DNA of 64,000 nucleotides, taken from contig OZ024743.1 in the NCBI GenBank assembly GCA_964016885.1, positions 371,318,001-371,382,000 on the forward strand, given 5' to 3'. This document shows positions 1-12,992 of this stretch, in pieces; position 1 is the first letter of the stretch; the number at the start of each line of letters is the position of its first letter. The stretch comes from Eledone cirrhosa (Eukaryota). The notes beneath the pieces were generated by a model. It ran no database searches. It was not told the DNA's origin and saw only the letters and a program-made list of their open reading frames with translations. Made by a program: the position numbers and the translations under genes.

Positions 1-610
1 AGGCTACGTTGGTATGGACACGTGATGCGCATGAAAGACGATAGCTGTATAACAAAGTGCAGGGCAATAAAGATAGACGGTAGCCACGGAATAGGCAGAC
101 CCAGAAAAACCTGGGACGAGCTGATAAATTCCGACCTCACACACTTACACCTCTCCAAGACAATGTCACTGGACCGAGACCTTTGGCGGTACTCAGTAAT
201 AGAGAAGACCCGCCTTATCTAAATACATAGTAAAACCTACTACAGTCAGTAGGCATCTCTAACAAAATACACCCCCGTCCAAACACCCCCACCCCATCCA
301 CACCGCCCCCTTCTATGTAAAGTTATGTTGGTGCCACACCATCCAGGCCGAAACAAATGAGATCATATAGGTGTCACGACAAAAAAACACAGTCCACGCT
401 GTAATGTGGCCGTGTAGGCAACACGGTAAAAACCTCCCAGCTCCACACTGTAAATGCGGTTGGTGTTAGGAAGGGCATCCAGCTGTAGAAAACCCGCCAG
501 ACAGTCCTATGCGAGCAAGTCAATCACTCTTGCCTCAAGTGGGAAAACCCCCGTCCAAACCCATGCAAGCGTGGAACACGGACGTTAAACGTTGATGATG
601 ATGATGATGA
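1..610 (+). mobile_element. 3' end of RTE-clade LINE (ORF C-terminus, 3' UTR, (GAT)n tail)
   Basis: RLRWYGHVMRM...GRPRKTW motif to the stop at 222; near-identical to 49977-50585; ends in gatgatgatgat. Confidence 0.9.
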
Positions 611-698
<88 letters not shown>

Positions 699-708
699 TA
701 CACATATC
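611..708. repeat. (TA)n/(CA)n microsatellite
   Basis: Seen directly; one of many such tracts (e.g. 9657-9775, 25599-25680, 33480-33562). Confidence 0.95.
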
Positions 709-1330
709 ATATATTGAGTTAGAAACTAAAAATAGTCTCTTAAAATTAAATAGCTCAAAGAAAGATTTTCTGAGCCGTGTAATATAATTGAATATACAAG
801 AGAGATAAACACAAATATAAACATACGTGTGTTTGAATTGTAAGTGACCAAGTTCACTAGGGTGAAAAAAATACTAACTATAACAATATGATTTGCCAGA
901 CTCAATTTAACGTAATAAATCAAGAAAAAGAAGAACAACCCTATATAGGACAACTGCCTGAAACACCCAGACAGCTCTGGTAGCTGTTTCGCAATTTATT
1001 TAGCGAAGGAAATTACCAATTTTCTGCTCTTCAATATAGGTTTGTTCTTCTTTTTCCTACTATTGCCGGTAGCAGTCATTAGTTTGACAAGTAACTTTAC
1101 ACTAGCACCGGTATTTACCACCCTTAGCTTACAAACACCTTTCCTCCATTTTTCTATACTGAACAATGCATTCCAATGTCAAAGTATTATTCTACCCGTA
1201 TAGGGTATTTAATTAAAAACTTTGCCTTTGCATCTGCCTCACATGAGCCCCATTGGGCGAAACATATGTAAGAGCTTCATAAAGATATGTTTTAATGGCT
1301 TGTAACTCTTTCATTAATCATTTTGCTTAT

Positions 1331-1366
<36 letters not shown>

Positions 1367-1369
<3 letters not shown>

Positions 1370-1724
1370 ATATATAAGATCAAAAGATGGTTAAATGAGT
1401 TCCATGTATTTTATTATGCGCATTTCAAAAACAAATATCATCATGCAATAACATTTGTGTTTTCATCAGATAAAATAGGAGGACATGATATGAAGGTTAA
1501 AAACACTTGTGGATAGTGCAGTTTTAAATCAACATATATTGATTTAAATCAATATATGTTGATTTAAAACTGCACTATCCACAAGTGTTTTTAACCTTCA
1601 TATCATGTCCTCCTATTTTATCTGATGAAAACACAAATGTTATTGCATGATGATATTTGTTTTTGAAATGCGCATAATAAAATACATGGAACTCATTTAA
1701 CCATCTTTTGATCTTATATATTAT
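1367..1724. repeat. Perfect spacerless palindrome, 179-bp arms
   Basis: Centre gattt|aaatc at 1545/1546; the same 49-aa peptide appears in ORFs 1295+ and 1575-. Confidence 0.95.
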
Positions 1725-2730
1725 GTATACTCCAGTCCTACAAACTGTAGAGTGCTTCTTATCCGATATCTGCATTGCTTTATTGTACTACAATAAAACT
1801 CACCTCCTACATATATATATATATAAGTTAAAACAATGAAATAAAAAATCAAGTCATTAGAGATATACTTCACTGCTTTATGATCGTTTCTAGATGATGA
1901 TAATACATTGTAGCTATATTCCGTTATTGATCTATGTAAGGTTAGTTACAAAATCTCAGATAAAGAGAATATTTACTTACATGCATATCACCAGCTGTTT
2001 TCGAAAACAATAATAATTTTATTCAGAATTAGTAGTATGTTAGTATCATGTCCTTATTTGGAGGTAGTTGAAGAACTAACCAACCAAATTGTTTTTTTCA
2101 TATGGTGTTAAGATGAAAAGTAATACACTTTAGTTGAGGTCATGACCCCTTGAAAGGAATGGTTGAATGGTGTTAATAGTAGAATTGGCATAAAAATCTA
2201 TTAGGAGGAAAGGGATTGTCAAACTGATAGTTGAATGTATCTGGTATAGTCAAGTTTAGAAGGAATGTAAAAATAAATGGTGATTAGTGTTGTATTGAGT
2301 TTTTAGGTGAATATAAATTAAGGTTATGGCTAGGAAAGATAGTATATTAAAAGATGAAAATTATAATAAGATAATGAAATACAGTAATGCGATAATATAC
2401 AACATAACCAACACAATATAGTACGGTGTGGTAAATTGCACTTAGTATAATACAGCATATGATACGCTCTAAAATACTATCAAGTATGTTTATGTATAAA
2501 TAATCAAAATCAGATAAATACATGTTGGCATAGTTAAAACACATACATTTCATAGATTACAAAGTGCATATATCCACACTATATAGAGGTACAGTTATAT
2601 TGATATCCAACCAAAAATATATATACGCACAAATAGATGCAAATCTAAACACACATTTACACATGTGCACATAATTATATACACACATATCCATACATAT
2701 CTATATCTACACATACACACCTATACATAT

Positions 2731-2777
<47 letters not shown>

Positions 2778-3144
2778 CACATATATATGTGTATGTACAC
2801 ATCTCATACATGTACACACACTCATATATAAACACTCATACACATATACTCACACAGAAACACACATATATATATACACACACACACACATACATATATA
2901 CACATACATAAATATATATATACACACACATAAATATATTTCCATATCATACATAGATATATATATTTATACATGCAATTATGGGTGGTTGTGTACCTTG
3001 TTGCCTTTAGTCATTAACGCATTAACCTAAGGAAGCTAAAACATTAAAAGGTAAAAAATAAGCATGAATGCATATACTTAGGGGAAAGGGGTACTTATAA
3101 ATGTTACTCTATATAGAATTATAGTGAGTTGCTATTTAGAATAT

Positions 3145-5890
3145 TTAATTAGGTTTATAGTATTTAAATGTTCTTCGTATACGGTGATTACAAACTATGA
3201 TCAGTTCTTGCCTTTTATTTAATAAATCGTCCTTAGATTTAGTAATTTCCAAGATCTTCCCTGAACATAATCTGCATTCCCTCCTGTTCCCAAGATATGG
3301 AGTTCTTTGTAGAATGGTGTTCCTCGATAACTTGAAATCTATTTTTTTCTTTTTATAATTATTTACTGCTTCAGCTAAAGATGTGGTGTTTGCTAGTTTA
3401 GTATTGTTGAAACTACTAGAGTGTGCGTAAAATCTTTTCTTAAATGTGTTTGATGTCGATCCTATATATGTTTTGTTGGAGTCTGTAGTAGATACAGTGC
3501 ATTTATATATTACATTATTAATCAAACAATTGCCATTTAAGGGCAAATGCTTCTATTTCTGCAATTACAGCCATACGTAAGATGGTTGTTGGGGGTGCCT
3601 ATACTATTTTCATTAATCCTTGAGCTATTCTTATTGTAATTAATGATAGCAGGAGAATGAAGGTTGCTTTGTGGGTGGTTTGGTGCTAGGGTTGTATTGT
3701 GATTTTGTGTTCTGTTGTTTTTGTATTGGTGATTTGGGTGGTTGTGTTTTCTAGGTTGAAGGATTGTATTATTTGCCTTTTTAAAAGGTGCAGTCCTATT
3801 TAAATTATGTTGTGGTGGTGTAGTCATATTATTTTTAAGTTTATAAATGTTGTAGTTGCTTATTTTTTGCTGGAGATTATTTGATGTAGAGTATGAGAAT
3901 TTAACATTATATTTGTTGAATATTTAATGGTATCTGTGGTTTGGTGGAAAATGTTTATGTAGAATTTCAAAGGATTTGTCCAATAGTTTGCAGATTGAAG
4001 GGTGCGTTGTACCATGTTATGTTTCTTTTGCGGTTTTTAGTTAAGTTCTTATTACCACTTATATTATTGTGTTGTGTTCTAGAAGAATTCCTATAGATAG
4101 TATCCTTATTTGTGGAATTTGGTAAATTACCGTGGTTGTATTTGGTGTTATTACTGGGTAGATTATGAGATTTTGAGTCCTTGATATTCATATGTGGGTT
4201 GATAACATTGGTCATAGATCGTGTAGTAATAGTTGTGGTTTTTCGGTTGTTTGGTGTAATAGGAATAACCACTTTAGGTATTTGTTTCAATGGTATTTTT
4301 TGGTGTTTGTAGTTTTTGCTAGGTTTTGTAGTATGGTCCATAGTAGTGTTGGGGATATATGAGATTTTTTCTTTATATCCACTTCTAGTTAAGGCCTCGT
4401 TGTAGAAGGGTGCATTATTATAAAATATATCTTCATTGGAAGATAATTTAGAAAGTCTAAGAGATATGTTATATACTAAGTTCTTGAGTATAGAGCCAGG
4501 GTGGTTAGATCGTGAATGTACATAATGTAGATTCTGGTTGGGTTTGTGGTAAGGTTGATAAGTATTCGTAGAGAGGTCTAAGGTAACGTCAAGGAAATTA
4601 GCTACTTTTAAAGTTTTTTCAAAAGTGATGCTAAGGCTGTAATAGTCCTTGAGGAATTTTCTTGTAATAGTCCTTGAGGAATTTTTTAATTTGTTTTTTG
4701 TTTTTCTCTATATTGGAATTGCTAAGATTGTTAGATAACAATAGACAATCATCCCAATAAAGACCACCTTTGAGGTGGGGAAAAGAGTCATGAATATTAT
4801 AGAGGAGAAATAGTCCAACGAGGTCTGTAACTTGAGCAGAGTCCATGGATCCCATCGTAATATCGAATAAGTTGTTATATGTGTTTCTTGTCCTGTATTC
4901 TTCTTGGAAGTTTAGTAAGGTTTTTCTAGCGTGAGTTATGATATTGATTTCCTCAGTAGATAAATCCAATCTATTTCTGGCGAAGATCAGTGCTTTGTTT
5001 AAAAGAATTGGAGAAATCGAAGAATAGTAAGAATCGATGTCGAATTGAATAAATGAAGCTGAGTTTTTATTCCCAATGCTAGTGAACCATTCAATAACTT
5101 GGGAAGTGTTACAAATTTTTTAATTTGCGGAATGATACGATCAATAATCTTTTTGCTGATATTACCGATATCAGATTTTGATGGGCATATCAGTCTAATA
5201 GATGGGTTCGAGTTAAAGTCAGATTTATGGTCTTTCAGGTTGAAGTGCGGGCTTTTAGGCATGAAAGGCTCAGTCCTATCTTCAATCTGGAGCTTTTTTA
5301 CTATATCACATGATATGTTGTTCAAGGATGTTAGTGCGGTAGTATTTGCTTTCTTATAGTTTTTTCTAAGTTCTTTATATATGAACTGGTTATATTTACC
5401 GATATCCATATGGTACAAATTACCAGTTTTGTCAGAATGGACATGGACCTTGTTTGAATTTTTCAGTTGTAGAAGGGTCCAATCCCTTTTGGAATTCTGA
5501 TTTGTGTTTTCTGAACTTTATGTTTTTAATCATGTTCAGTAGGGTGCTCTCAAAATTTTCAAGCTGAATATTATGAGGAGGATTTTTGTATGTTTTGAAT
5601 CCATAGTGGTACTTCATTTCATTTGTATTGGTTTTGTTGTCAAAATGGTAGGCCCTCCATAACATTCTCCCAATAAATTGGTTAGTTTTTTGTATGAACA
5701 AAAGTAGATATTCATCTTTAGGTGGAATTGGAATATTCTTCAACGAGGTACCCAAATATTGTTTTTCCATTGTGATGCAGGAATTAGATAAAAAAAGAGC
5801 TCTACAACTCTGGAGATCTCAACACTGTACTCCAGAACATCTTGAGCTCAATATGGACACCATGTGCAGCATCGGTGCCACGTAAGCAGA
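3145..5890 (-). mobile_element. Decayed Penelope-like retroelement (RT plus GIY-YIG endonuclease)
   Basis: FDITMGSMDSAQVTDLVG and GLYWDD (YRDD-like) RT motifs; VIYKC...YIGSTSNTFKKRFYAH and CRLC GIY-YIG motifs; several frameshifts and stops. Confidence 0.88.
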
Positions 5891-7308
5891 AAAAACATCC
5901 CAAAAGTATAATTTAGGAGACTGCAGCAGTCCGTCTTGCCAGAAAAGAACGTTGTAATGCTGAACGTGAGTACAAACTGCATAAATCAGATATCAATAGG
6001 AAGTGAAATATATCATCCAACCATCTCAAACAGGTGACAAAAAAGGCAGTGCTTCAATTTGAGCAGCGCATAGCAACCAGCCCTGACAGTAAGGTGTTCT
6101 GGAAGTATGTTCACTCAAAGCAGAAGCCTCACTCTCCAGTTGGTCCTCTTCGCAATCCCTACACAAGCCAGGTTACTGACGATCCCAAGGAATCCGCAGA
6201 GCTCATTGCTGAATGCTATGCAGGCATTTCCACTATTGAAGACCAGAGTGTACCATCTCCACCACCTATGACATCAGATTCTATTACAACTATGGAATTT
6301 ACACCTGCAATGCTGCGATGTCACCTTAAAAATAAACGCAACCATGCATCTCCTGGTCTTGATGGTGTTACGTACCTGCTTCTGAAATGTGGTGGGTACT
6401 TCCTTCTGCACCATCTATCACGCTTCTTCCAATTCTGTCTGAACAACGGTGCTACTCCAGAACAGTGGAAAACTGCCAGTGTCATTCCTCAGTTCAAAAA
6501 GGGTGACCGCACATCACCTGTGAACTATCATCCAGTCACTAGCTGCATTGCCAAACTGATGGAATCCTGTGTCAGAGAAACACTTTGGAACTTCTGGAAC
6601 TCTCACAGTCTTATCCGGCCCTCGCAATTTGGATTTATCCCTAACTCCAGCTGCTGTGATCAACTTATCGAGTTTCTTGAAGACATCACCCGGATCACTG
6701 ATGGCGGCTCATGGGTGGATGTTGTTTACCTTGACTTTGCTAACGCTTTCAATTCTCTGCCACACAAAAGACTTATGGCAAAACTCTCTGCAATGGGTTT
6801 GAAGGATGATCTTTTTAACTGGTTGAAGTCCTTCATTCTCAGTCAAAGAGAGGTAGTCACGGTTCTAGGACAGCATTCCTCACCATATGAGATGTCATCT
6901 GGTGTACCACAGGGATCTGTTCTTGGCCCCCTTTTGTTTGTGGCATATATTAATGACATAGATGCCAACTTAAAGAATGCCACAGCACTAAAGTACGCAG
7001 ATGACATCAAGCTGTACCTTGAGATAAAAAGGACAGATCCTGAACACTGTAGATCTTGCCTGCAATCTGACCTGGACACAATGCAATAATGGATCACAGA
7101 CTGGCAACTCAGGCTAGCTGTGAACAAGTGTACCACCATGCATTTTGAGAGTAAAAACCCAGCGTCCACATACTCCCTCCACAACACTAATATCAAGAAG
7201 TCTTCTTGTGAACGTGACCTGGGCATTACGGTCAGCAGCGATTTGCATTGGATGAAGTACGTCTCTAAAATTGTCAAGAGAGCCGAGGGTGTCTTAGCAT
7301 CACTTTAA
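5890..7308 (+). mobile_element. CR1/L2-type LINE ORF2 fragment (RT), truncated
   Basis: SQFGF, VVYLDFANAF, SGVPQGSVLGPLLF, KYADDIKL, ERDLG motifs; stop at 7089. Confidence 0.88.
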
Positions 7309-7844
7309 AATATAAGACTTGCATCTGTATATATATATTAATCTACATAAGCGAATATATCCGTATATGCGTGAATATTTCTACGGTTATATATATTTAT
7401 GCATATATATATCCACTAATTAATACATCATTCAAAAACGGCCGCTTTACGACCAACATAATTACACTAATTTTCAAAATGTTCAAGCGTCTATAATAAC
7501 AGTCATTTTATCTGTTTAATATATCCCTTTTAAATTATATCCTACAAAATTTTGAGATTCTTTTTCACATACCTGTAAGCTGACATCGGAAATTTATACT
7601 TTGGGTATATCACTATCTTATACATCAAATATTGTATTTTATCTGATAAAAGCATACTACAATTTAGTATCCTTGAAATATGTATAATAAATTAAATATG
7701 ATGTTATAGTGATATTTTCCATTTATTAATATTGTTAATATTATAATACTCCAGATAAAATTTTTCTGTAGAGAGCTTCATATCTGTTATGAACATAACT
7801 CTGTTGAATACTCATCAACAAAGCATACAACTCATTGTTAACAT

Positions 7845-8351
7845 ATATATATATATATATAAAGTTGTATTCCTGTCTGTTTGTTTATTTGTTCATGAAC
7901 TCCTCCTATGGTTTTGGAGATAGACCCCCATAGCCATATATATTCTGAAACTACATTGCCCAGGGTACTTGGATAAGTATATTTCATTTTAATCAAAGGG
8001 TTCCCCGGTGGCACAAACCCCTGCTGAAAATCGTCTCCATTCGATTTATATGAAATTTAAACCATAGGTCAATGACAAGATATGATGCCTATTCACAAAA
8101 ATTTTGAATTGATATTTTGAAAAAAATTATTTACAAGAAACAAAATAAGAATAAGATTTAATAATGTAATTTTGATTTGATATATTACAAAAAATAATGT
8201 TTTTCAATTTTTCATGCATTACATTTTACATTGAGTAATATTGAAATGCAGAGTTTTTCTCCATAAATTATATCACTGATTTAAAATCAATCATCATTTT
8301 CTTACAAAAAAAATGTGTGAAATGCAACAAGGCACGGGTAATTTGGCTAGT
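7845..8351 (+). mobile_element. Probable non-autonomous Helitron-like element
   Basis: Starts (ta)n-aaag with ctgt/ttgt repeats; ends in a GC-richer segment (ggcacggg) followed by CTAG|T at 8347-8351. Confidence 0.5.
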
Positions 8352-8355
8352 ATAT

Positions 8356-8750
8356 ATCATCATCATCATCATCACTGTTTTACGTCCGTTCTTCCATGAT
8401 GCTAGCATGGGTTAGACGGATTGTCCTGTTGTAGGCAGTGTCCGGTCGGCTGACCTTGTCTTGTTCATACAGGAACTGATTCTGGCTTAATTTCTACAGC
8501 TGGATACCCTTCCTAACACCAACCTCATTTACAGTGAGTGCTGGGTGCTTTTTTTCCGTGGCACCTCCACGACCACTTTGCAATGGAATGATAGGAACCC
8601 CAGTCCTATCATTTCATTTCTAAAGTTGAGTAAACTGGAGCAATGTGAAATAAAGTGTCTTGCTCAAGGAAACAACACATCACCCAGTCCGAGAATTGAA
8701 CTCACAACCTTACGATTGCAAACCCAATGCTCTAACCACTAAGCCATGCA
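8356..8750 (-). mobile_element. tRNA-derived SINE with RTE-derived 3' tail
   Basis: A box TGGCTTAGTGG, B-box-like GTTCAATTC, core ccttgagcaagacactt, tail matching the RTE 3' UTR with (GAT)n; paralogous to 28248-28573. Confidence 0.85.
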
Positions 8751-8764
8751 TCTTTATATATATA

Positions 8765-9653
8765 CAGGGTGCGGACGATATTTGTTCGCAAGATTACTGT
8801 CTAAGAAAAAATAACACAGTAGTTTTATTTTTTAAGATATATTTATCAAACTTGGGTCAGTTTGTCTTCATGACTTGTTCTTTCGATCTCACTCAATAAA
8901 CCCGCCATCGGCTTTGATGACGGCCTCAAGGCGGCCTCGGAACCAGCTACAGGTCTTTGTCACTGTCCCCCGACTTAGGCCCCTAAAGGCACTTGTGATC
9001 CTAGCCTTCAGACCGTCTTTCGTATTGCAGCTAGATCTGTTGGTGTCTCATCCCACTGCGCCCCACACAAAGAAGTCGAGGGGGTTGCAGTCAGGCGAGC
9101 TGGAAGGCCTGATGTCAGGTGAAGTGTGGTCGACGAAGTTCTCTGACAGCCAGGCTTGGGTCTTTAGGCTGGTATGGCAGGGCGCTGAGTCTTGCTGCCA
9201 CACGTACGGCCTACCTGCAGCTACCTGGTCGATCCAGGGCTTTACTACCTCGCTCAGAATGCGGATGTAGCCATCGGTGTTCAGCTTGAGGCCCACGGGG
9301 AAGAAGTGAGGTGGCATGACGCCACCTTGACTGCTGACGACACCTAAGACCAATGTTGTCGCTGGAAACTTTGTCTGCATGACTCTGGGCACGTCTTTGG
9401 ATGAGACAGCGAGCCACCTGTTGTTCTGGGAGTTGATCTTCTGGTCTTATTTGTCCACCCGGCGCGGATTCCAAGAAGAACTCTGTGTCTCTTCCACAAA
9501 TTTGGAGGTTCAAAATTATTCATAATCAATTATTCTGAAAATAAATAATGGAAATATAGTCACTGTTTTTATGAAGACAAGAGTGACAACGGAAGTAAAA
9601 AAAATTTGCATAAAATTAGCAGTTGAAAATTGCGAACAAATATCGTCCGCACC

Positions 9654-9656
<3 letters not shown>
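8765..9656 (-). mobile_element. Internally deleted Tc1/mariner element, maT (DD37D) family
   Basis: 27-bp perfect TIRs CAGGGTGCGGACGATATTTGTTCGCAA flanked by TA; WQQDSAPCH...SPDCNPLDF with 37 residues between the last two catalytic Asp. Confidence 0.92.
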
Positions 9657-9730
<74 letters not shown>

Positions 9731-9939
9731 TATATATATATAAACATATATATAAATATATATATATATACACATATATTGTTATACTTGGGGAGGGTTA
9801 TATTGTTGTAATAATATTGCCAGAAATAATAACAGAACACACTCACTGTTTGGTTGGTTTTTGCTTCTGTATCTTTTATATCTACATAGTTAATTCATCC
9901 GGCAATCAATGTTTATAAATATACAGATATAAATACATA

Positions 9940-10200
9940 TATATCACCTTGATCACCTTGACCGACCAGTCTGTCGGGCGCCAACCGGCGCCGCAGGTCA
10001 CAGCACGTTTTGCTGTTTTAGCCATAAGATAACGCCATCCCACTGGCTGGGCGGGCAGGCCGGTACTCATTTCTACAGCTGAGTAAACTGGAGCAACGTG
10101 AAATAAAATGTCTTGCTCAAGGAAACAACAGATCACCCGGTCCGAGAATTGAACTCACAACCTTTCGATTGCAAGCCCAATGCTCTAACCACTAAGCCAT
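9940..10200 (-). mobile_element. tRNA-derived SINE, same head/core as 8356-8750 but a different tail
   Basis: Head near-identical to 8630-8750; tail ends in caaggtgat repeats. Confidence 0.8.
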
Positions 10201-10205
10201 ATATA

Positions 10206-10258
10206 TAGTCTAACAAAGTTCTTTCGTTGCACATCTGCAACATCATCAGTGGTACTAT
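10206..10258 (-). ncRNA. Minimal type I hammerhead ribozyme motif downstream of a Penelope-like ORF
   Basis: Minus strand reads atagtacca CUGAUGA u GUUGCA gaug UGCAAC GAAA gaac UU uguu..acuau; imperfect stem I. Confidence 0.65.
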
Positions 10259-11875
10259 TATGTTTCCTCCTGTTGTATTGTAATGTCTACGCCATTTTTA
10301 TTTTATCTTTTTATTTATTTTTGTCTTCTTATCTGCGCATGCGTTTGCGTGTGTGTGTAGTGTTTGGTGTGTGTGTTCGCGTTTGGGTGGCTGTGTTTTG
10401 GTTATTGTATTCTATCTTAGTTTATTAGTGCGTGTTTATGTGTTTGTTGTTATTGTGCTTGTGTATATATTTATTTATTTATATTTCTCTTAAGTCAGTA
10501 TTGTTTGTTTGGGTGTTGTTGTTATTCCATTCATTTTTTCTGTTTAGCTTTGGCTTTCTAAGCTCTATTTCACTTGCCTCTCTGATTTGCCTACCTGCTG
10601 CGTCATTTCTATGTTTAGTTATTATTTTAATTTCTATGTTGTCTATGTTACCGTCATGTTGTTGTCTGGCGTGTTCGGATAGTACTGAACTGTTTGGTCT
10701 ATTCTTTCTCCTATGCTTCGAGCTGTCTCGCCTATGTATGTTGTTGTCATGTTTCTGCAAGTACCCTCTGTATATCTTATGCTATAGACTACATTTCTAG
10801 TTTTACAGTTTATCTGGGGGTTAACTTTACATATAACACATTTCTTATTAGTACAGTGGGTTTTCTTAAAAGGGTATGTTTTGCTGATCAGGGATTTTAT
10901 GGTAGTTCCTGGCTTTCCTACCACTTTAATCTTTAAGTGGGTCTTTCTTAGGGCCTTTCTACATTGGTTAGCTAATTTCCCTCCAGGGGTAGCATCCACG
11001 AACATGACACTCTGGTATCTCTGGTTGTCGTACCATGAGGTGGCTTTCCCTATCTTATGTTTAGTCCTATCTAAGCTATTCCATGATTTGCTCCTGTATA
11101 ATGGGCACATTCCTTTCATGTCCAGTTTTATGAGGGTCTTATACTTCTCCATGGCTCCTTTGTATACTCTGATTCTGTCTCTTTGATTGTAGCCAGAGAA
11201 CTGCATGTGGTTGATGAAGTGTTGGGTGTCTTTCCATTTCTGTTGGGTCACACATGCAGGACATGTTCTTCATCACTCTTACCAAGTCTGCGATCAGAAT
11301 ATTAAACTTAGCACTACTGGACATTGCTGAGTTTTTTAGTATCAGGTATTTGGAGGCCATGGGTTTAGCATAGTGTGAGTGGAGAATTTGGGCCCTCTCG
11401 TCTATAATGTTAATCCAGAGTTCCGTGTCTAATACAGGTAGTCTATTGTTAGGGTGTTTGGAAGGGTAGTCAATAGTTAGTTATACTCTGCTGGATGCTT
11501 TCCATTGTGCTATATTCTAAATCATATTTATTAGTATTCTCTTGTGGGGGTGTCCTTATTACTATATTAATATCGTCTACATAACGAGAGTACATGATGA
11601 GGTCTATGGAGCTCTCATCAAGGAGATCTTTGAGTCTCCTTTCCCACCATACCATAAAAAGGTTGGCAACATCACCAGCTATGCTGACGCCAATGGCTGC
11701 TCCCTCATTTTGGGTGTAGATATTTTCATTGAATTTGAATATATGGTCCTTTAGGGTAGTTTTAATACTAGCACGACCATTTTTCTTACCTGATCATTGT
11801 TTTGGGGTGTCCGTATAGCTTTGATCCACCCAATCCACCTTCCCATGGGAGTTTTTTTTGCCATTGAGGTTATGG
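10206..11875 (-). mobile_element. Decayed Penelope-like retroelement, second family
   Basis: YSRYVDDI RT motif; C..C..C..C then NVVYSI...YIGETARSIGER GIY-YIG; LNRKNEW C-terminus. Confidence 0.85.
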
Positions 11876-11878
11876 TGG

Positions 11879-12106
11879 GATTTGGCGTAGTACCCACTGT
11901 AATGATCTCATCAGACAGCTTCTTATATAATAAGGTTACAATCAAGGAGCTAATCCAAAATTGAAGTGACAACGGAAAGGACAAACAGCGATGTTCATGA
12001 GCCCGTTCCCCTTGTCACTTCAATTTTGGGTTAGCTTCTTGATTGTAACCTTATTATATAAGAAGCTGTCTGATGAGATCATGACAGTGGGTACTACGCC
12101 AAATCA
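11879..12106. mobile_element. Fold-back / MITE-like element with ~100-bp arms
   Basis: gatttggcgtagtacccactg...cagtgggtactacgccaaatc; few mismatches and a short spacer. Confidence 0.75.
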
Positions 12107-12789
12107 CGTGGCCACTATCATCATCGAAATATCTATCACAGCCTTATCAATAAATGACTTTATCATCTAAACTTTGTATTTCCTTATTCTAAAAATACTC
12201 CGTCACTCCCATGTGGTAAATGCACGTTGAGTTCTCGAATTACATCCTTGTTTTACAGTATATATATATATATTGGGGAGGTGTAGGATAGGGTGATATG
12301 GTGTGGGTGGCATGGGGGGGGGGGCTGTGAGATGTGGGGGGAGGGAATTGGTGTAGTGAAGTGTATCATGTGGTGGGGTGGGATCACTAAACAACAATAA
12401 AACTGAGATAAGCCCCAGCTGACTTTAACCCTACAATGGACAGGTATCCTGTCCAAGTGGGGTGGGTGTGGGAGATGGAAAAGTAGAAGTGTTGTATTCT
12501 TAGTCCTTTAACATCAGAGATGGAATGTTAAAGATCAAGTCAGGGCTAAATTTGAATTACTGTTCACTTAGATGGGTCAGTGAAGTGAAATGAAATGTAT
12601 AGTTCACACCTACGTAGGTTTAGTTGGCCTCCCACAAGGCTGTAATAACATAGGAGGTTTCTTGGGTGTTTTAATGATAGGGACTCCAGTCATATCATGT
12701 TGTTGTTGCTACAGCTCACACCAATGTAGGTTTAGCCGGCTTCCTACAAGGTTATATCACATAGGAGGTTTCTCAGGTGTTTTAATAAT

Positions 12790-12973
12790 TGTTTCTACTT
12801 TTGGCACAGGGCCAGCAATTACCCCAGTGCATTACTGGTGCTTTATTTTATCGATCCATAAAGATGAATGGCAAAGTTAACTTCGGCAGGATTTGAACTC
12901 AGAACGTAAAGGGCCATAACTCTGTGCTGCAAAGCATGGTGCCTGACGCCCTACCAATACTGCCAATCCAATA
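12790..12973 (-). mobile_element. tRNA-derived SINE (second family) with 16-bp TSD
   Basis: B box gagttcaaatcc; flanked by CAGGTGTTTTAATAAT at 12774-12789 and 12974-12989; related copies at ~23770-23935, 26700-26772, 35628-35800, 42270-42475 and 46910-47040. Confidence 0.85.
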
Positions 12974-12992
12974 CAGGTGTTTTAATAATATG

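Noticed and set aside
2665-3030. ORFs rich in Y/I/H/T or C/V/Y (also 9516-9918, 33238-33683, 56655-57273)
   Set aside because: Translations of (TA)n, (CA)n and (TG)n microsatellites
12066-12100. CTGATGA in the fold-back arm as a hammerhead
   Set aside because: No GAAA or NUH in the right arrangement
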